Shown here piece after piece: positions 22,638-34,863 of a DNA stretch of 64,000 bases. Position 1 is the stretch's first letter. Each line of letters begins with the position of its first letter. The position numbers and the translations under genes are program-made. The DNA is taken from NCBI RefSeq assembly GCF_057098645.1, contig NZ_CM169472.1. One strand, 5' to 3'. Below the pieces are notes generated by a model that was not told the DNA's origin, searched no databases, and saw only the letters and a program-made list of their open reading frames with translations.

Positions 22638-23168
22638 ATCGATAATACGCGCGTATAAGTTCACATCATCATAGGCATCATTCAGGAACTCAGCCTGTTT
22701 CAGGCAACCTTCAAGGATAAAACTATTGCGCAAAGCGACCTGGTTGCTTTGCGGATTGTCCACCCGACATTTGATCACGAAGCGTCTAAGTTCACCAGAC
22801 TGGGCGTAATGATGAATCAATGCCTGCAGCGCCTGAGAAATGATCCCCTGCCCCTGATGAGATTCATCCAGCCAGTAGCCGATTTCAGCGGTTTTATTCA
22901 GTGGTTCAATACGATTAAACGAGATAACGCCGATAAGTTCATCTTCTTTGAAAATCATGAACATTTTGGCATAGCCGCGTTGATGCAACATCACATTACC
23001 CTGCACCGTTTTTCGCGTGTCCTCTTCACTCTGAACGAACTGCGGCCAGTTTAGCGACTGCTGTAACCAGGTTTTATTTTTACAGATTAACTGATAAAGA
23101 GGAGTGACGTGATTTTCTGCAACAGCATGTAATTCAAGTGATTCGCTTACTTTTATCGTTTCAGTCAT
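22632..23168 (-). CDS. rimL: Ribosomal protein L7/L12 serine N-acetyltransferase RimL
   Basis: GNAT ORF of about 179 aa; exact start uncertain (track ORF 22632..23183). Confidence 0.8.
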   Translation of the reverse strand: MTETIKVSESLELHAVAENHVTPLYQLICKNKTWLQQSLNWPQFVQSEEDTRKTVQGNVMLHQRGYAKMFMIFKEDELIGVISFNRIEPLNKTAEIGYWLDESHQGQGIISQALQALIHHYAQSGELRRFVIKCRVDNPQSNQVALRNSFILEGCLKQAEFLNDAYDDVNLYARIIDS

Positions 23169-23230
23169 CTTATCTCCAGTCAATCCATGCAGTTGTTAAA
23201 AAAGCCGCCTGGCTGGCGGCTTAGGAAAGT

Positions 23231-23455
23231 TTACACCTCTTTGACGCTCTCCTGCTGCAGGATTTTGAGCATCTCATCTTTTAACTGTAGCTTTTGTTTT
23301 TTCATGCGGACCACTTCCGCATTGTACCCTCGACCGTCGGAACCTTCCTTTCTGGCAATTTCATGATCAAGTTTATTGTGTTTATCGAACAAGGACATAA
23401 AGCGAGGATTTTCGTTTTTCAGACGGGATATTAAATCTCGGTATTCTGGAAACAT
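23231..23455 (-). CDS. ydcH: Small coiled-coil protein YdcH (DUF465)
   Basis: 74-76-aa ORF MFPEYRDLISRLKNENPRF…. Confidence 0.75.
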   Translation of the reverse strand: MFPEYRDLISRLKNENPRFMSLFDKHNKLDHEIARKEGSDGRGYNAEVVRMKKQKLQLKDEMLKILQQESVKEV

Positions 23456-23594
23456 ACGCACTCCCTGTTAGTGGCTGACAAGGTATATCTGAAATACACA
23501 CCATCAGATTACTCATTTAACTTAGGGAAAAATGCGAGCGGGATCGTGTTTAACCAGACGGCACCTCCCGAAGAAGGTGCCGAAGAAAAAACAA

Positions 23595-25250
23595 TTAACT
23601 CATCACGCGGTCGTCAACATACTGACGTTTATCGGGCGCTGGCGGGAAATACTGATACAGCCATGTTTCACTGATAGCGTCGCCCTGACAACGCAGATAC
23701 ATCCGCATATCGACCGGATCAGTGGAGTCCGACGTCGGATACCAGTCAAACTGAATACGATAACCATCAATGGGTTCAATATAGAGAATTTCGATTTGCT
23801 TCGCTTCCCCACTGGAAAGCGTAATCACCGGCTCAATGCCTTTTGGCGCGGCAGCTTTCAGATCACCACCAACGAAATCGACGGCAAAACGACGCGCCCA
23901 TTTTTCGGGATAGTGTTCACCTGGCGCCCAACCTTCCGGGAAACCGCCCATGCCGGTACGCGTCGCCATAACGCGCGCTAATGGGCAATGAACAGGCGGT
24001 TGCGCACTCCAGTACAGACGATACTGGAATGCAAACTCATCACCCGCTTTTACAGCTTTTTCTGGCTGCCAGAAGCAGACAATGTTATCCAGCGTTTCGC
24101 CCGTTGTTGGGATTTCCATCAGGCCGATGGTGCCCTTACCCCACTTGTTACGCGGTTCCACCCACAGACTTGGGCGTTTGTTATACCAGCCCATAATGTC
24201 CTGATAATGGGAGAAGTCACGATCCAGTTGCAATAAACCAAACCCTTTCGGGTTGTTGTCGGTGTAAGCATTGAACTGCAATTTTTGCGGATTATTCAGC
24301 GGACGGCAAATCCACTCGCCGTTGCCCCGCCACATGGACAGACGATCAGAGTCATGAATTTGCGGATGAATGGTGTCGCACATCCGACGTTCATTAGTAC
24401 CGCAGCTGAACATGCTGGTCATCGGCGCAATGCCCAGCTGTTTAATGTCTTTGCGCGCATACAGGTGATTTTCCACATCCATAATCACCTGACTTTTCTC
24501 ACAATGGATAGTGAACTTATAGGCACCAGTAATGCTGGCGCTATCGAGCAACGCATAAACGGTAAAGGTAGTTGCCCCCGGTTTTACCGTATCAAACCAG
24601 AAGGCGGTAAAGTCGGGGAACTCTTCTTTACTGTCGGTGTAAGTGTCGATCGCCAGGCCGCGGGCCGACAAACCGTATTGATATGTATCATCAACGGCGC
24701 GGAAATAACTCGCTCCGAGGAATGATACTACATCACGGCGCGCCAGTTCGGGGGCTTTAAACACGCGAAAACCGGCAAAGCCGAGATCGCTTTGCCCTTC
24801 TAATTGTTTGGTATCAACACCTGCATCGTTGTATTTGAACAACTCCGGGCGAAAGTGAATTTCACGCGCCAGATGTGTTGCTGGATCTACAGAAAACATA
24901 CGAACGCGGCGACGGAATCCCATTCCCATATGGAAGAACTGAGCGTCCAGTTGACGGTTCTCAACGTTATGCCAGAGCGATTTTTCGGCGTCGTATTGAA
25001 TACTGTTATAAGCCTGCGGCGTCATTGTCGCCAGCGTGTCAGGTAACGGACGAGGCGCACCACGCCACGCTGTTTGCGCTAAATCATGCGCCATTGACTG
25101 TAGAATGGAGAAGTCAAAACGCTGGGTTTGCCCATCGGCAATATCAGAATCTGCCGCGAATGCCGCCTGAGAAAAAAGAGAAGCAATGCCGCTGGTACCG
25201 CACACGGCGGCCATAGCCATTGAACCTTTAATAAATCGTCTACGATCCAT
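23595..25250 (-). CDS. opgD: Osmoregulated periplasmic glucan biosynthesis protein OpgD (MdoD)
   Basis: 551 aa with Tat-type signal ([14 protein letters not shown]), OpgG/OpgD family. Confidence 0.9.
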   Translation of the reverse strand: MDRRRFIKGSMAMAAVCGTSGIASLFSQAAFAADSDIADGQTQRFDFSILQSMAHDLAQTAWRGAPRPLPDTLATMTPQAYNSIQYDAEKSLWHNVENRQLDAQFFHMGMGFRRRVRMFSVDPATHLAREIHFRPELFKYNDAGVDTKQLEGQSDLGFAGFRVFKAPELARRDVVSFLGASYFRAVDDTYQYGLSARGLAIDTYTDSKEEFPDFTAFWFDTVKPGATTFTVYALLDSASITGAYKFTIHCEKSQVIMDVENHLYARKDIKQLGIAPMTSMFSCGTNERRMCDTIHPQIHDSDRLSMWRGNGEWICRPLNNPQKLQFNAYTDNNPKGFGLLQLDRDFSHYQDIMGWYNKRPSLWVEPRNKWGKGTIGLMEIPTTGETLDNIVCFWQPEKAVKAGDEFAFQYRLYWSAQPPVHCPLARVMATRTGMGGFPEGWAPGEHYPEKWARRFAVDFVGGDLKAAAPKGIEPVITLSSGEAKQIEILYIEPIDGYRIQFDWYPTSDSTDPVDMRMYLRCQGDAISETWLYQYFPPAPDKRQYVDDRVMS

Positions 25251-25474
25251 ACCTGAAAGTGAGTCCTTCTGGTGTTGTGAATGGTCCCGCGCTGGTCGTT
25301 TTCAGCGGCAAGAAAGTGCTTATTTATGACCGCTCACTCTAGACAATATTTATTAATAATCCAATTGTTGAACTCAGAGAATATGCATAAATCGGCAATT
25401 TTTTTATGTCGATGGGATGAGCCTGATTCGTTTGTAAAATCAGGCAAATTTTTGCAAAGGCGGATGGTCAGAAT

Positions 25475-26818
25475 TTAAAGCAAACCACAGTGACGTTTAC
25501 TGCGTTCTTCCGCTTCCTGATAAAGCTGGAACTCATCCAAAACCGGACAACCCAACGCCTGCTCAAATGCTTCGCGACTGGCATTACCGTGGCTGCGTGC
25601 CTGCGTTTCATTACCCAGATTTGACTGGAAGATCCCCGCCGCGCTAACGGGCAAGAAATCTTCATAGGTAATGGGTTGCGCCACTACCCAACCACGTTCA
25701 ATTAAGGGTTGTGGATCGTCTCCGGGATGAATCGCCTGACGATGCGCCTCACCCGAAGGCGTCAGACGGTACCGGAACCATGCCAGCCCTTGCTGACGCA
25801 TTAAAAACTCACTGTCAGGAAAAGTGCGGAAGGTTTCCTGTAAATGCATTTGGTGAGTGAGATTATCCTGCCCGGTTCCAGCGTTACGCAGAAGATCATC
25901 ATACAGTTGTCGCCCTTTCGGCGTTAATGCCACGCCACGCTGCTCAATTTCACCAAAGCGCGCAGTATGCGTGCCCTGTTTCTGCCCCGCAAACAACACC
26001 GTCTCTTCCAGTGCTTTAAAGCTGGTCTGGCGTAGTAAAATCGGTACCTCGCGGCGCGGCGGCCCTTCGATCAGAATTTTTGGTTCAATTCCGCATTCAG
26101 GCATCATCGACTGCACCCGGTCAATATCCAGCGTACGTGGCGTCAGATGGTTGATATGGCATCCAGGAAAACAGACCACATCAGCAATCAACCGATGTTC
26201 GTTGTGCAAGGCGCGATAGGTTTCTTCATCTACCGTTGCTGACTGGTGCCAGCGAAACGTTTCCAGGGCCTCCTGCACAAACTCCTGTGCCTGTGTTTCG
26301 TTAAAACCGCCCTGCTGCTCATATTCCTCTAACAGTTGTCGACAACGTGGGGTGAATATATCGCGCTGACGCAGAATCTCCGCCGCTTTCTGGCGCAAAA
26401 TTTCGTTCTCGATAAGCTCAAGGCGGAGTAAGGAGGTAAAAACGCGGAAGGGATTACGCGCCAGAGAAGCATCATCAATGGGCCGAAATGCTGTCGAATG
26501 TACCGGCACCCCTGCCTGCGAGAGATCGTAATAGCTCACCGGGTACATCCCCATAATGGCAAACATCCGCCGAAGAGTAGCAAGCTCTTGTGCAGTCCCA
26601 ACGCGAATCGCCCCATGACGTTCAACATTCAGTCGCGCCAGCTCGTCTGCATTTACCATTTTTTCGTGCAGTTGAGGATTGTTTTCCAGCACAGCCAGAT
26701 TCACATCAGCTACCAGTTCCAGCAGCGTGCCGTACTGCGGAACTTCTTGCTGGTACATGGCTGACATTGCCTGCGAAAACTGTTCCCGAATCTCATCCGC
26801 CGTGATGCTGTTCGCCAT
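25475..26818 (-). CDS. ydcJ: DUF1338 protein YdcJ (HglS-like 2-oxoadipate dioxygenase/decarboxylase homologue)
   Basis: 447-aa ORF of expected length in syntenic position. Confidence 0.8.
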   Translation of the reverse strand: MANSITADEIREQFSQAMSAMYQQEVPQYGTLLELVADVNLAVLENNPQLHEKMVNADELARLNVERHGAIRVGTAQELATLRRMFAIMGMYPVSYYDLSQAGVPVHSTAFRPIDDASLARNPFRVFTSLLRLELIENEILRQKAAEILRQRDIFTPRCRQLLEEYEQQGGFNETQAQEFVQEALETFRWHQSATVDEETYRALHNEHRLIADVVCFPGCHINHLTPRTLDIDRVQSMMPECGIEPKILIEGPPRREVPILLRQTSFKALEETVLFAGQKQGTHTARFGEIEQRGVALTPKGRQLYDDLLRNAGTGQDNLTHQMHLQETFRTFPDSEFLMRQQGLAWFRYRLTPSGEAHRQAIHPGDDPQPLIERGWVVAQPITYEDFLPVSAAGIFQSNLGNETQARSHGNASREAFEQALGCPVLDEFQLYQEAEERSKRHCGLL

Positions 26819-27034
26819 AGTGTCTGCCTCCAGTGGTCAGTAATCTGGAGTGTAGGTAACCGCATTCACTCTGGCGGGAAGAATTTACAAACTGTGATCT
26901 CGCCGCGAAAACATCAATATTATCTATTTTGCTGTAACATAATTACTTTAATTGTTAATAATATTTTGCAATCAAGTTATCATAATCAAACAACTTCACT
27001 TGTCAGCGACACCGCTTCGTTTTTAACATCGCTT

Positions 27035-27958
27035 ATGGAAAAAAATAGTCTGTTTAGTCAGCGCATCCGTTTGCGCCACCTTCATACATTCGTAGCTGTC
27101 GCACAACAAGGAACTTTGGGGCGCGCGGCTGAAACCCTTAATTTGAGTCAACCTGCGCTCTCTAAGACATTGAATGAACTGGAGCAGCTGACGGGCGCTC
27201 GCTTGTTTGAGCGTGGTCGTCAGGGGGCGCAACTTACCTTACCCGGCGAACAATTTTTAACGCATGCAGTCAGAGTTCTTGACGCCATCAACACTGCTGG
27301 ACAGTCGCTTAATCGTAAAGAAGGTCCTAATAATGATGTCGTCAGGGTTGGTGCACTACCTACTGCGGCACTGGGGATATTACCTTCGGTTATAGGTCAG
27401 TTTCATCAGCAACAAAAAGAGACGACCTTGCAAGTTGCGACAATGAGTAACCCTATGATTCTGGCGGGTTTGAAAACCGGGGAAATCGATATCGGCATTG
27501 GTCGGATGTCAGATCCTGAACTGATGACCGGGCTTAATTACGAACTGCTGTTTCTTGAATCGCTGAAGCTGGTTGTCCGCCCTAATCACCCGCTACTTCA
27601 GGAGAACGTAACGCTAAGCCGGGTGCTGGAATGGCCGGTCGTTGTATCACCAGAAGGCACTGCGCCACGCCAGCATTCAGATGCATTAGTACAGAGCCAG
27701 GGATGTAAAATTCCTTCGGGTTGTATCGAAACGCTGTCTGCTTCGCTATCTCGTCAACTTACGGTTGAATACGACTACGTGTGGTTTGTCCCTTCTGGCG
27801 CGGTAAAAGACGACCTGCGTCATGCCACGCTGGTGGCCCTGCCTGTTCCGGGACATGGTGCAGGCGAACCGATTGGAATACTGACCCGCGTAGATGCGAC
27901 GTTCTCTTCTGGTTGCCAGTTGATGATTAACGCTATTCGAAAATCAATGCCGTTCTGA
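27035..27958 (+). CDS. ydcI: LysR-type transcriptional regulator YdcI
   Basis: 307 aa from MEKNSLFSQRIRLRHLHTF; LysR HTH near N-terminus. Confidence 0.85.
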   Translation: MEKNSLFSQRIRLRHLHTFVAVAQQGTLGRAAETLNLSQPALSKTLNELEQLTGARLFERGRQGAQLTLPGEQFLTHAVRVLDAINTAGQSLNRKEGPNNDVVRVGALPTAALGILPSVIGQFHQQQKETTLQVATMSNPMILAGLKTGEIDIGIGRMSDPELMTGLNYELLFLESLKLVVRPNHPLLQENVTLSRVLEWPVVVSPEGTAPRQHSDALVQSQGCKIPSGCIETLSASLSRQLTVEYDYVWFVPSGAVKDDLRHATLVALPVPGHGAGEPIGILTRVDATFSSGCQLMINAIRKSMPF

Positions 27959-27995
27959 AAGGTGAAGGGATCTGTCGATCCCTCCTTGAACATTT

Positions 27996-29636
27996 TCACA
28001 CCGTAGCGAAACTAACTTGTTCACCCGCTCCGCGAGGTTCTGCCGACACAGAATGTTTGTTCAGACGGAATACGTCCACCGCCTCAGTTAATCGTGCCGC
28101 CTGTTCTTCAAGGGACACCGCCGCTGCTGAGGCCTCTTCTACCAGAGAAGCATTCTGTTGCGTCACCTTATCCATTTCAGAAATCGCCTGGCTAACCTGA
28201 GTTATACCTCTACTTTGTTCATCCGAGGCGGCGGCGATTTCCTGCATGATATGTGTGACACTCGCGACGGCATCAACAATAGTGCTCATGGTTTTCCCTG
28301 CCGTTGCCACCTCATCCGACCCCAGGTCAATTAACCTGACTGATTCACTGATCAAGCCTTCAATCTCTTTCGCCGCCTGAGCGCTGCGGCTTGCGAGTGT
28401 CCGTACTTCGCTGGCGACAACGGCAAATCCACGCCCTTGCTCACCCGCTCGCGCGGCTTCAACGGCAGCATTCAGTGCCAGAATATTCGTCTGGAAAGCA
28501 ATACTGTTGATGACGGCGGTGATCTCAGAAATTTTCTTCGAACTCATAGAGATAGCGCCCATCGTTTTTACTACACCGGAAACCGTTTGCCCGCCATCGC
28601 TGGCTTTAATAGAAGCCTCTTGCGCCAGTTTGCTGGCATGATGCGCGTTATCCGCATTCTGTTTCACCGTCGCAGTGAGTTGCTCCATGCTGGCGGCAGT
28701 TTGTTCGATAGCCGCCGCTTGTTCTTCGGTGCGAGATGAAAGGTCCGCATTGCCAGCGGAAATTTCGCTGGTGCCACGATAAATCTCTTCCGCGCCCTGT
28801 CGAACAGTCCCTACTGTCATCCCCAGTGAATGCTGCATTTGCTGTAAATGACGACTTAAGCGACCGATTTCATTACGACCCGCCGGTTCATCATTCATCG
28901 TCAGATCGCCACTGGCGATTTTTTCAATCCGTTGTGCGGCATGTTGCAGTGGACGAATGACGATCTGACGTAGCACCATAAATGTTATCAGCGTCATGAC
29001 CAGGGCAAGCACAAACGCGCCAATCATGAACATCCCACCCACGCGGGTGCGCTGATGGGCCAGTTCCGCCAGTTGGTTGGCTCTGGTGCTACGTATCTTA
29101 ACGGCTTTGTTCAAAATATCGGTATAAGCATTATCCAGCGTTCGGATCTGCTCACTTTCATGATTGATAATCGCTTCAAACATGCCATTTTTGGCATATT
29201 TCAACATAGGTTGCATACCCGTGATATAAGCCTGGAAGCGTTGATTTAATTCAGTGTCGAGGGCTTCATCAGCAGGTGTTTTCACCGGCCGATTCTGATA
29301 AGCACGATAACCTTGCTGCGACTGTTTAATCTCCGATTCGGCTTGCGCAATATTTCGCTTCATTGCTTCCATTTCCGCAATACGACTCGCAGCCCCGGCC
29401 TGAATCATATTGATCCGGGCTGAACGCAAAAAATCTGAACTGTTCGCTAACCCGGTCCGAATCTCAATCTCCGCAGTAACATCACGCTGATCGCGATCGG
29501 CCTGCCAGAGGAAATAGCCGGCAAGGGATGAACTTAATGCGAATAGAACTAAGATACCGCCAAGAATGCAGGCAAATAACGGAACCAGCCTGATGTGATG
29601 CAAAAAACCTAATCGCTGTGAGGGAGTTGTATTCAT
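27996..29636 (-). CDS. trg: Methyl-accepting chemotaxis protein III (ribose/galactose sensor) Trg
   Basis: 546 aa; two TM segments, HAMP, conserved MCP signalling domain. Confidence 0.9.
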   Translation of the reverse strand: MNTTPSQRLGFLHHIRLVPLFACILGGILVLFALSSSLAGYFLWQADRDQRDVTAEIEIRTGLANSSDFLRSARINMIQAGAASRIAEMEAMKRNIAQAESEIKQSQQGYRAYQNRPVKTPADEALDTELNQRFQAYITGMQPMLKYAKNGMFEAIINHESEQIRTLDNAYTDILNKAVKIRSTRANQLAELAHQRTRVGGMFMIGAFVLALVMTLITFMVLRQIVIRPLQHAAQRIEKIASGDLTMNDEPAGRNEIGRLSRHLQQMQHSLGMTVGTVRQGAEEIYRGTSEISAGNADLSSRTEEQAAAIEQTAASMEQLTATVKQNADNAHHASKLAQEASIKASDGGQTVSGVVKTMGAISMSSKKISEITAVINSIAFQTNILALNAAVEAARAGEQGRGFAVVASEVRTLASRSAQAAKEIEGLISESVRLIDLGSDEVATAGKTMSTIVDAVASVTHIMQEIAAASDEQSRGITQVSQAISEMDKVTQQNASLVEEASAAAVSLEEQAARLTEAVDVFRLNKHSVSAEPRGAGEQVSFATV

Positions 29637-29676
29637 TACCGTTGTCTCTCGTCCAGGTTTACTCCTGATAGAAAGT

Positions 29677-29703
29677 CATCGGCATTTGACGGTAATTACT
29701 TAC
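29677..29703 (-). promoter_or_regulatory. Candidate sigma-28 (FliA) promoter for trg
   Basis: On the reverse strand: TAAGTAAT – 11 nt – GCCGATGA, against the sigma-28 consensus TAAAGTTT-N11-GCCGATAA, about 40-65 nt upstream of the trg start. Confidence 0.5.
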
Positions 29704-29899
29704 GACCAAAAACCTCTTTGCGTCACATTTTTACAACAATTATTACAGAAGAGATTAATGCCATTGGAATGAAGAGAGTAACGAATGGCTAAACCGAATG
29801 ACGAAAAATTCTGGAAAACAGCACGCAATTTCGTGAAGTGATTATTTTCGTCCCTAAGGAAACCTCATAGGATGCCTGCGGATGCCTGAGACTTTCTGT

Positions 29900-29967
29900 T
29901 TTCAGGCTAACCGGGAATCAGAAAGACGAAGGCCCCGACCGATATTTCTATCAACCGAGGCCAACGA

Positions 29968-29990
<23 letters not shown>
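29900..29990 (-). ncRNA. sokB: Expected position of SokB antisense RNA of the hokB/mokB/sokB type I TA locus (approximate)
   Basis: Inferred only from hok/sok locus architecture (antisense over the mok translation-initiation region); boundaries not determined from sequence. Confidence 0.25.
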
Positions 29991-30175
<185 letters not shown>

Positions 30176-30246
30176 GGGCAAGCGCGGGGATTTTCCCCGT
30201 GCATCTGACTAGCAGATTCATTTTCTCATGGCACCCCTTTTACACT

Positions 30247-30420
30247 TCAGTTAGTGCATGTTTTTTTCGAGGCACTAATAGAACCATCATTACAGACAAA
30301 TTTGCCGCCTGCCGTACAGTGTGAGATCCCCCCTTTCGAACCAGAACAAGGTTTGCGCCCGGCATCGGCATAAAAGGAAACAAGCGTTCCCATAAACAAA
30401 ATAAGTGCCAGTTTTTTCAT
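30247..30420 (-). CDS. ydcA: Small secreted protein YdcA
   Basis: Not in ORF track. 57 aa MKKLALILFMGTLVSFYADAGRKPCSGSKGGISHCTAGGKFVCNDGSISASKKTCTN*; RBS GGAGG upstream. Confidence 0.7.
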   Translation of the reverse strand: MKKLALILFMGTLVSFYADAGRKPCSGSKGGISHCTAGGKFVCNDGSISASKKTCTN

Positions 30421-30590
30421 ATAACCTCCATGGTTTATCGAATCTTATGTTCGATTTGAACGTTATACGCTGGTTTATTTTGATACCGTTGATGAGATCA
30501 AAGATCGGGTGAATTGATTAAAAATAAGCCAGATGGACGTATGGGCAAGGATTATGGTTTTATTTGTCACACAAATAAATATAATAGGCG

Positions 30591-30654
30591 CTTCCGATGT
30601 AGACCCGTACTCTTCGCCTGTACCACGGGTCGGTTTTAGTACAGGCGTTTTCTT
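30591..30654 (+). ncRNA. rydC: RydC small regulatory RNA (Hfq-dependent, pseudoknot)
   Basis: CTTCCGATGTAGACCCGT…GGTCGGTTTTAGTACAGGCGTTTTCTT matches the RydC sequence as I recall it; TATAAT -10 element at 30580-30585; location beside cybB as in K-12. Confidence 0.7.
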
Positions 30655-30664
30655 TAAATATCCT

Positions 30665-31195
30665 TCAGGAACGTTTACGCGGCATCATGCGTAGAAGTGT
30701 GTTGTCCTTCCAGAAATAGTGGTGTGCCAGTGCAGCCGCAGCGTGCAACCCGATGACAAAATATCCCAGATTCGCCAGCGTTTCATGCCACGACTTTAAG
30801 CTATCTACCCGTTCGAAATTGGCCTCTGAAGCGTAAGGCATCGTCAAACCAAACGCAAACCACGGGTTGCCCCGGTTATACATCATCACCAAACCAATCA
30901 CTGGCAGCGCAATAAACAGGAGATAAATCACCAAATGTCCCAAATGCGCCAGTCCCGTCATCATCGGTTTCGGCTTAGGTATAATCGGCGGGGTTGGGTA
31001 TTTCAGTCTTAACAAAAGACGAACCACCATCAGCACGAGAATTGAGATGCCACAGGAAACATGAATCATGTTGATGAGCGGCCGATCGCTACGTGGGAAG
31101 AAACCCCGAAACTCCATTGCGCAATACGCTGCGATAACCAGCAAAAAGACCAGCCAGTGAATGCTGATTTGTAACCTTGAGTATTTATTTTCCAT
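30665..31195 (-). CDS. cybB: Cytochrome b561
   Basis: 176 aa from MENKYSRLQISIHWLVF; haem-ligand His residues in TM helices. Confidence 0.9.
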   Translation of the reverse strand: MENKYSRLQISIHWLVFLLVIAAYCAMEFRGFFPRSDRPLINMIHVSCGISILVLMVVRLLLRLKYPTPPIIPKPKPMMTGLAHLGHLVIYLLFIALPVIGLVMMYNRGNPWFAFGLTMPYASEANFERVDSLKSWHETLANLGYFVIGLHAAAALAHHYFWKDNTLLRMMPRKRS

Positions 31196-31383
31196 AACAT
31201 TTCCTGCTTTAACATAATTTTCCGTTAACATAACGGGCTTTTCTCAAAATTTCATTAAATATTGTTCACCCGTTTTCAGTACGTTACGTTTCACTGTAAG
31301 AATGGAGATTGCCCATCCCGCCATCCTGGTCTAAGCCTGGAAAGGATCAATTTTCATCCGAACGTTCCTGACAGGAGAAAACC

Positions 31384-32385
31384 ATGAGTAAAGTTGGTAT
31401 TAACGGTTTTGGTCGTATCGGTCGACTGGTGTTGCGTCGATTACTTGAAGTCAAAAGCAACATAGACGTTGTCGCTATTAATGATCTCACTTCTCCAAAA
31501 ATTCTCGCCTACCTGCTGAAACATGATTCAAACTACGGACCGTTCCCCTGGAGCGTTGATTTTACGGAAGATTCACTTATCGTTAATGGGAAAAGTATCG
31601 CGGTTTACGCCGAAAAAGAGGCTAAAAATATTCCGTGGAAAGCGAAAGGTGCAGAAATCATTGTCGAATGTACTGGCTTTTATACCTCCGCCGAGAAATC
31701 GCAGGCGCATCTTGATGCTGGTGCGAAGAAGGTGTTGATTTCCGCTCCTGCCGGTGAAATGAAAACCATCGTTTATAACGTTAATGACGACACTCTGGAT
31801 GGCAACGACACCATTGTTTCCGTGGCGTCATGCACCACTAACTGCCTTGCGCCGATGGCCAAAGCCTTGCATGACAGTTTCGGGATAGAAGTCGGCACGA
31901 TGACGACCATTCATGCCTATACTGGCACCCAGTCACTGGTGGATGGCCCGCGTGGTAAAGATTTACGTGCTTCACGCGCAGCGGCAGAAAATATCATTCC
32001 CCACACTACGGGCGCGGCAAAAGCCATTGGTCTGGTGATCCCGGAACTGAGCGGCAAACTGAAAGGTCATGCGCAACGCGTGCCGGTGAAAACAGGTTCG
32101 GTCACTGAACTGGTATCGATTCTCGGAAAAAAAGTGACTGCCGAAGAGGTGAATAACGCACTTAAACAAGCAACCACCAATAACGAGTCATTTGGTTATA
32201 CCGATGAAGAAATAGTCTCTTCCGATATCATTGGCAGCCATTTCGGTTCGGTGTTTGATGCCACGCAAACGGAAATTACCGCCGTGGGCGATTTACAACT
32301 GGTGAAAACGGTCGCCTGGTACGATAACGAATATGGCTTCGTCACGCAGCTTATTCGCACCCTCGAAAAATTCGCTAAACTCTGA
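31384..32385 (+). CDS. gapC: Glyceraldehyde-3-phosphate dehydrogenase GapC, intact
   Basis: Uninterrupted 333-aa ORF with NAD-binding [10 protein letters not shown] and catalytic-Cys motif [13 protein letters not shown]. Confidence 0.9.
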   Translation: MSKVGINGFGRIGRLVLRRLLEVKSNIDVVAINDLTSPKILAYLLKHDSNYGPFPWSVDFTEDSLIVNGKSIAVYAEKEAKNIPWKAKGAEIIVECTGFYTSAEKSQAHLDAGAKKVLISAPAGEMKTIVYNVNDDTLDGNDTIVSVASCTTNCLAPMAKALHDSFGIEVGTMTTIHAYTGTQSLVDGPRGKDLRASRAAAENIIPHTTGAAKAIGLVIPELSGKLKGHAQRVPVKTGSVTELVSILGKKVTAEEVNNALKQATTNNESFGYTDEEIVSSDIIGSHFGSVFDATQTEITAVGDLQLVKTVAWYDNEYGFVTQLIRTLEKFAKL

Positions 32386-32393
32386 CGCGCACA

Positions 32394-32415
32394 GGCGGAG
32401 GAAAAAACCTCCGCC
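32394..32415. terminator. Bidirectional terminator between gapC and aldA
   Basis: GGCGGAGG-AAAAAA-CCTCCGCC hairpin followed by T-tract. Confidence 0.65.
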
Positions 32416-32426
32416 TCTTTCACTCA

Positions 32427-33866
32427 TTAAGACTGTAAATAAACCACCTGGGTCTGCAGATATTCATGCAGACCATGTTTACCATCTGCGCCGCCAATAC
32501 CGGATTTACGCCATCCGGCGTGAAAGCCTTGCATAGCTTCGAAGTTTTCACGGTTGATGTAAGTTTCACCAAACTTCAGCCCTTTAATGGCTTTCATCGC
32601 GACGTTCAGATTTTGGGTATAGATTGATGAGGTCAGGCCGTAATCACTGTCATTAGCCATTGAGATAGCATCTTCCAGCGTGTCAAATGCGACAACTGGC
32701 AGCACCGGGCCAAAGGTTTCCTCATGCATAATCGACATTTCCTGGCGAACATCCAGCAGCAATGTCGGCGGATAATAATATCCTTTCCCCTCTACCGCTT
32801 TGCCACCCAATGCCACTCTCGCCCCATCTTCTACTGCGCGCGCTACTTTTTGCTCAACCCTTTCCAGCGCCGCGGCGTTAATCAACGGTCCCATCGCAAT
32901 GTCGTTGCGTTCAGCGGGGTTACCAAATTGAACCGCCTGCAACGTTTCACCCAGCCGATTGACGAACTGATCATAAATGCCTTTCTGTACATAAACACGT
33001 TCTGCACAGTTACACACTTGCCCACTATTAATGACGCGTGAATCAACGATGGCTTTGACTGCCAGTTCAAGATCGGCATCGTCCATTACGATAGCCGGTG
33101 CTTTACCCCCCAGTTCCAGGCACACTTTGGTGATGTTTTTCGCCGCAGTCGCCATAATCTTTTCACCTGCAGAGACGCTGCCTGTCATACTGACCATTGC
33201 GACCTTTGGGTTACCCGCCAGTTCTTGCCCAACGGTTTCACCACGCCCCAGTACAAGGTTAAACACGCCGCGCGGAAGGCCTATTTCATCGACGATTTTG
33301 GCGAATGCAATCGCATTGTTTGGCGTAAATTCACTGGGTTTAATGACAATGGTATTACCAGTCAAAAGAGCGGGAGCCATTTTGCGGGCAATGAGGAAGA
33401 ACGGGAAGTTCCACGGCAGAATGCCGGTAGTCACACCAAGCGCACGTTTAAACAGAAGAATATTTTCTCCTGGACGATCGCTTTGAATAATCTCGCCCTC
33501 GTAACGCCGTGCCCACTCCGCCATGTAATCGATATAGTCGGCAGTAAAAGCCACTTCGACTTCAGCCAGCTGCTGGATCTTGCCCCCTTCTTCAACAATC
33601 AGCGCACTGATTTCACTGGCGCGTTCGCGGATCCCGGCGGAGATTTTGCGCAACCAACTGGCGCGTTCAATAGCAGGCAACGCTTCCCATTCTGGTTGTG
33701 CACGTTCTGCTGCATCGATTGCCTTACGGGCATCCTCGGCCTGACCATCGGGTATGCGGGAAATGACAGCCTCTGTAGCAGGGTTTACCACATCAATCCA
33801 TGCGTCTCCACGCCAGGTAACAAACTGTCCATCGATATACATAGGATGTTGAACGGGTACTGACAT
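32427..33866 (-). CDS. aldA: Lactaldehyde dehydrogenase AldA
   Basis: 479-aa aldehyde dehydrogenase; catalytic Cys region GQVCNCAER. Confidence 0.9.
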   Translation of the reverse strand: MSVPVQHPMYIDGQFVTWRGDAWIDVVNPATEAVISRIPDGQAEDARKAIDAAERAQPEWEALPAIERASWLRKISAGIRERASEISALIVEEGGKIQQLAEVEVAFTADYIDYMAEWARRYEGEIIQSDRPGENILLFKRALGVTTGILPWNFPFFLIARKMAPALLTGNTIVIKPSEFTPNNAIAFAKIVDEIGLPRGVFNLVLGRGETVGQELAGNPKVAMVSMTGSVSAGEKIMATAAKNITKVCLELGGKAPAIVMDDADLELAVKAIVDSRVINSGQVCNCAERVYVQKGIYDQFVNRLGETLQAVQFGNPAERNDIAMGPLINAAALERVEQKVARAVEDGARVALGGKAVEGKGYYYPPTLLLDVRQEMSIMHEETFGPVLPVVAFDTLEDAISMANDSDYGLTSSIYTQNLNVAMKAIKGLKFGETYINRENFEAMQGFHAGWRKSGIGGADGKHGLHEYLQTQVVYLQS

Positions 33867-34062
33867 GGGCGACTCCTGTGATTTATATGTTTGTTTTCGG
33901 TGAATACATTGTTAATTAACATCAATCATCAGAGAGACGGCATCGTGAAAGGACAATTCTGTGAAGGGCTTCATAAAAACAAGTGTAAAAGGAATAAAAG
34001 GCAGAAATAAAAGTCAGGAGTCATGCCCGTTTGCAAACAAGTGGTTCACAAACGGGCAATTT

Positions 34063-34863
34063 TTAACGTAACGAGCGACTTTCCATCGCCTCGATGAGCA
34101 CCGCATCGTGTTTCAGCGTTTGCCATGCATGGATGACTTCTGCCGGAAAATCAACGTGAACGATAAAATCTCGCCCGCGGGGACCATAGCCATCGCTATC
34201 ATCGCGTAAACGCGGCAGCTCGCCATTGAGTAGTGAGAGATAACGCTCAACCGGCCATAATCCTTGTAACTGATTAATAAAGATTACACTGTCTGCGTTA
34301 TTTCCTAACTGAGGAACGAATCCGGGATAACTTAACCAGCGTGGTGCATCGGGATTGTCCCCGGTCATACGGCGGAACGTTGCCATCGTGCGCCGCTGCA
34401 TGGTGGGGTCCTGTACAACGATAGCCGTATGAACTCGTTCTACGGCCTGATTCAATAGCGCGATGCTAAAGCGTGCGTTTTCACCGCAGTTTGTTGACTG
34501 GTCTTCAATCCAGATTTTTTCATGCGGAATATGCCAGAACTGATGAGCGATATCCGCCAGGATGGTCGCTTCTGCTCTGCCAGTGGTGCGGATAGTATTG
34601 TAGTGCGGATGCTGTGCGATGGCGCTATACAAAAAAGTGGTCGAGTGACCGATACCACCACTAATCAGTAAAGGAGTTTGCTGATCGCGAGCAATCTTAC
34701 ATGCCGCATCGATAGTCGGCATAACCGCATTTCCTGCAAGTATGACGCAATCAGCCTGATACGGCACCTCACCGGAGAAATCATCCTGCGCCAGCCACTG
34801 TCCGATAACATTTATGGCATCTATAGTTGCCGTCGAAAGCGTCGGAAACGGGGTAATGTTCAT
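34063..34863 (-). CDS. ydcF: DUF218-domain protein YdcF
   Basis: 266-aa ORF, expected length and position. Confidence 0.8.
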   Translation of the reverse strand: MNITPFPTLSTATIDAINVIGQWLAQDDFSGEVPYQADCVILAGNAVMPTIDAACKIARDQQTPLLISGGIGHSTTFLYSAIAQHPHYNTIRTTGRAEATILADIAHQFWHIPHEKIWIEDQSTNCGENARFSIALLNQAVERVHTAIVVQDPTMQRRTMATFRRMTGDNPDAPRWLSYPGFVPQLGNNADSVIFINQLQGLWPVERYLSLLNGELPRLRDDSDGYGPRGRDFIVHVDFPAEVIHAWQTLKHDAVLIEAMESRSLR

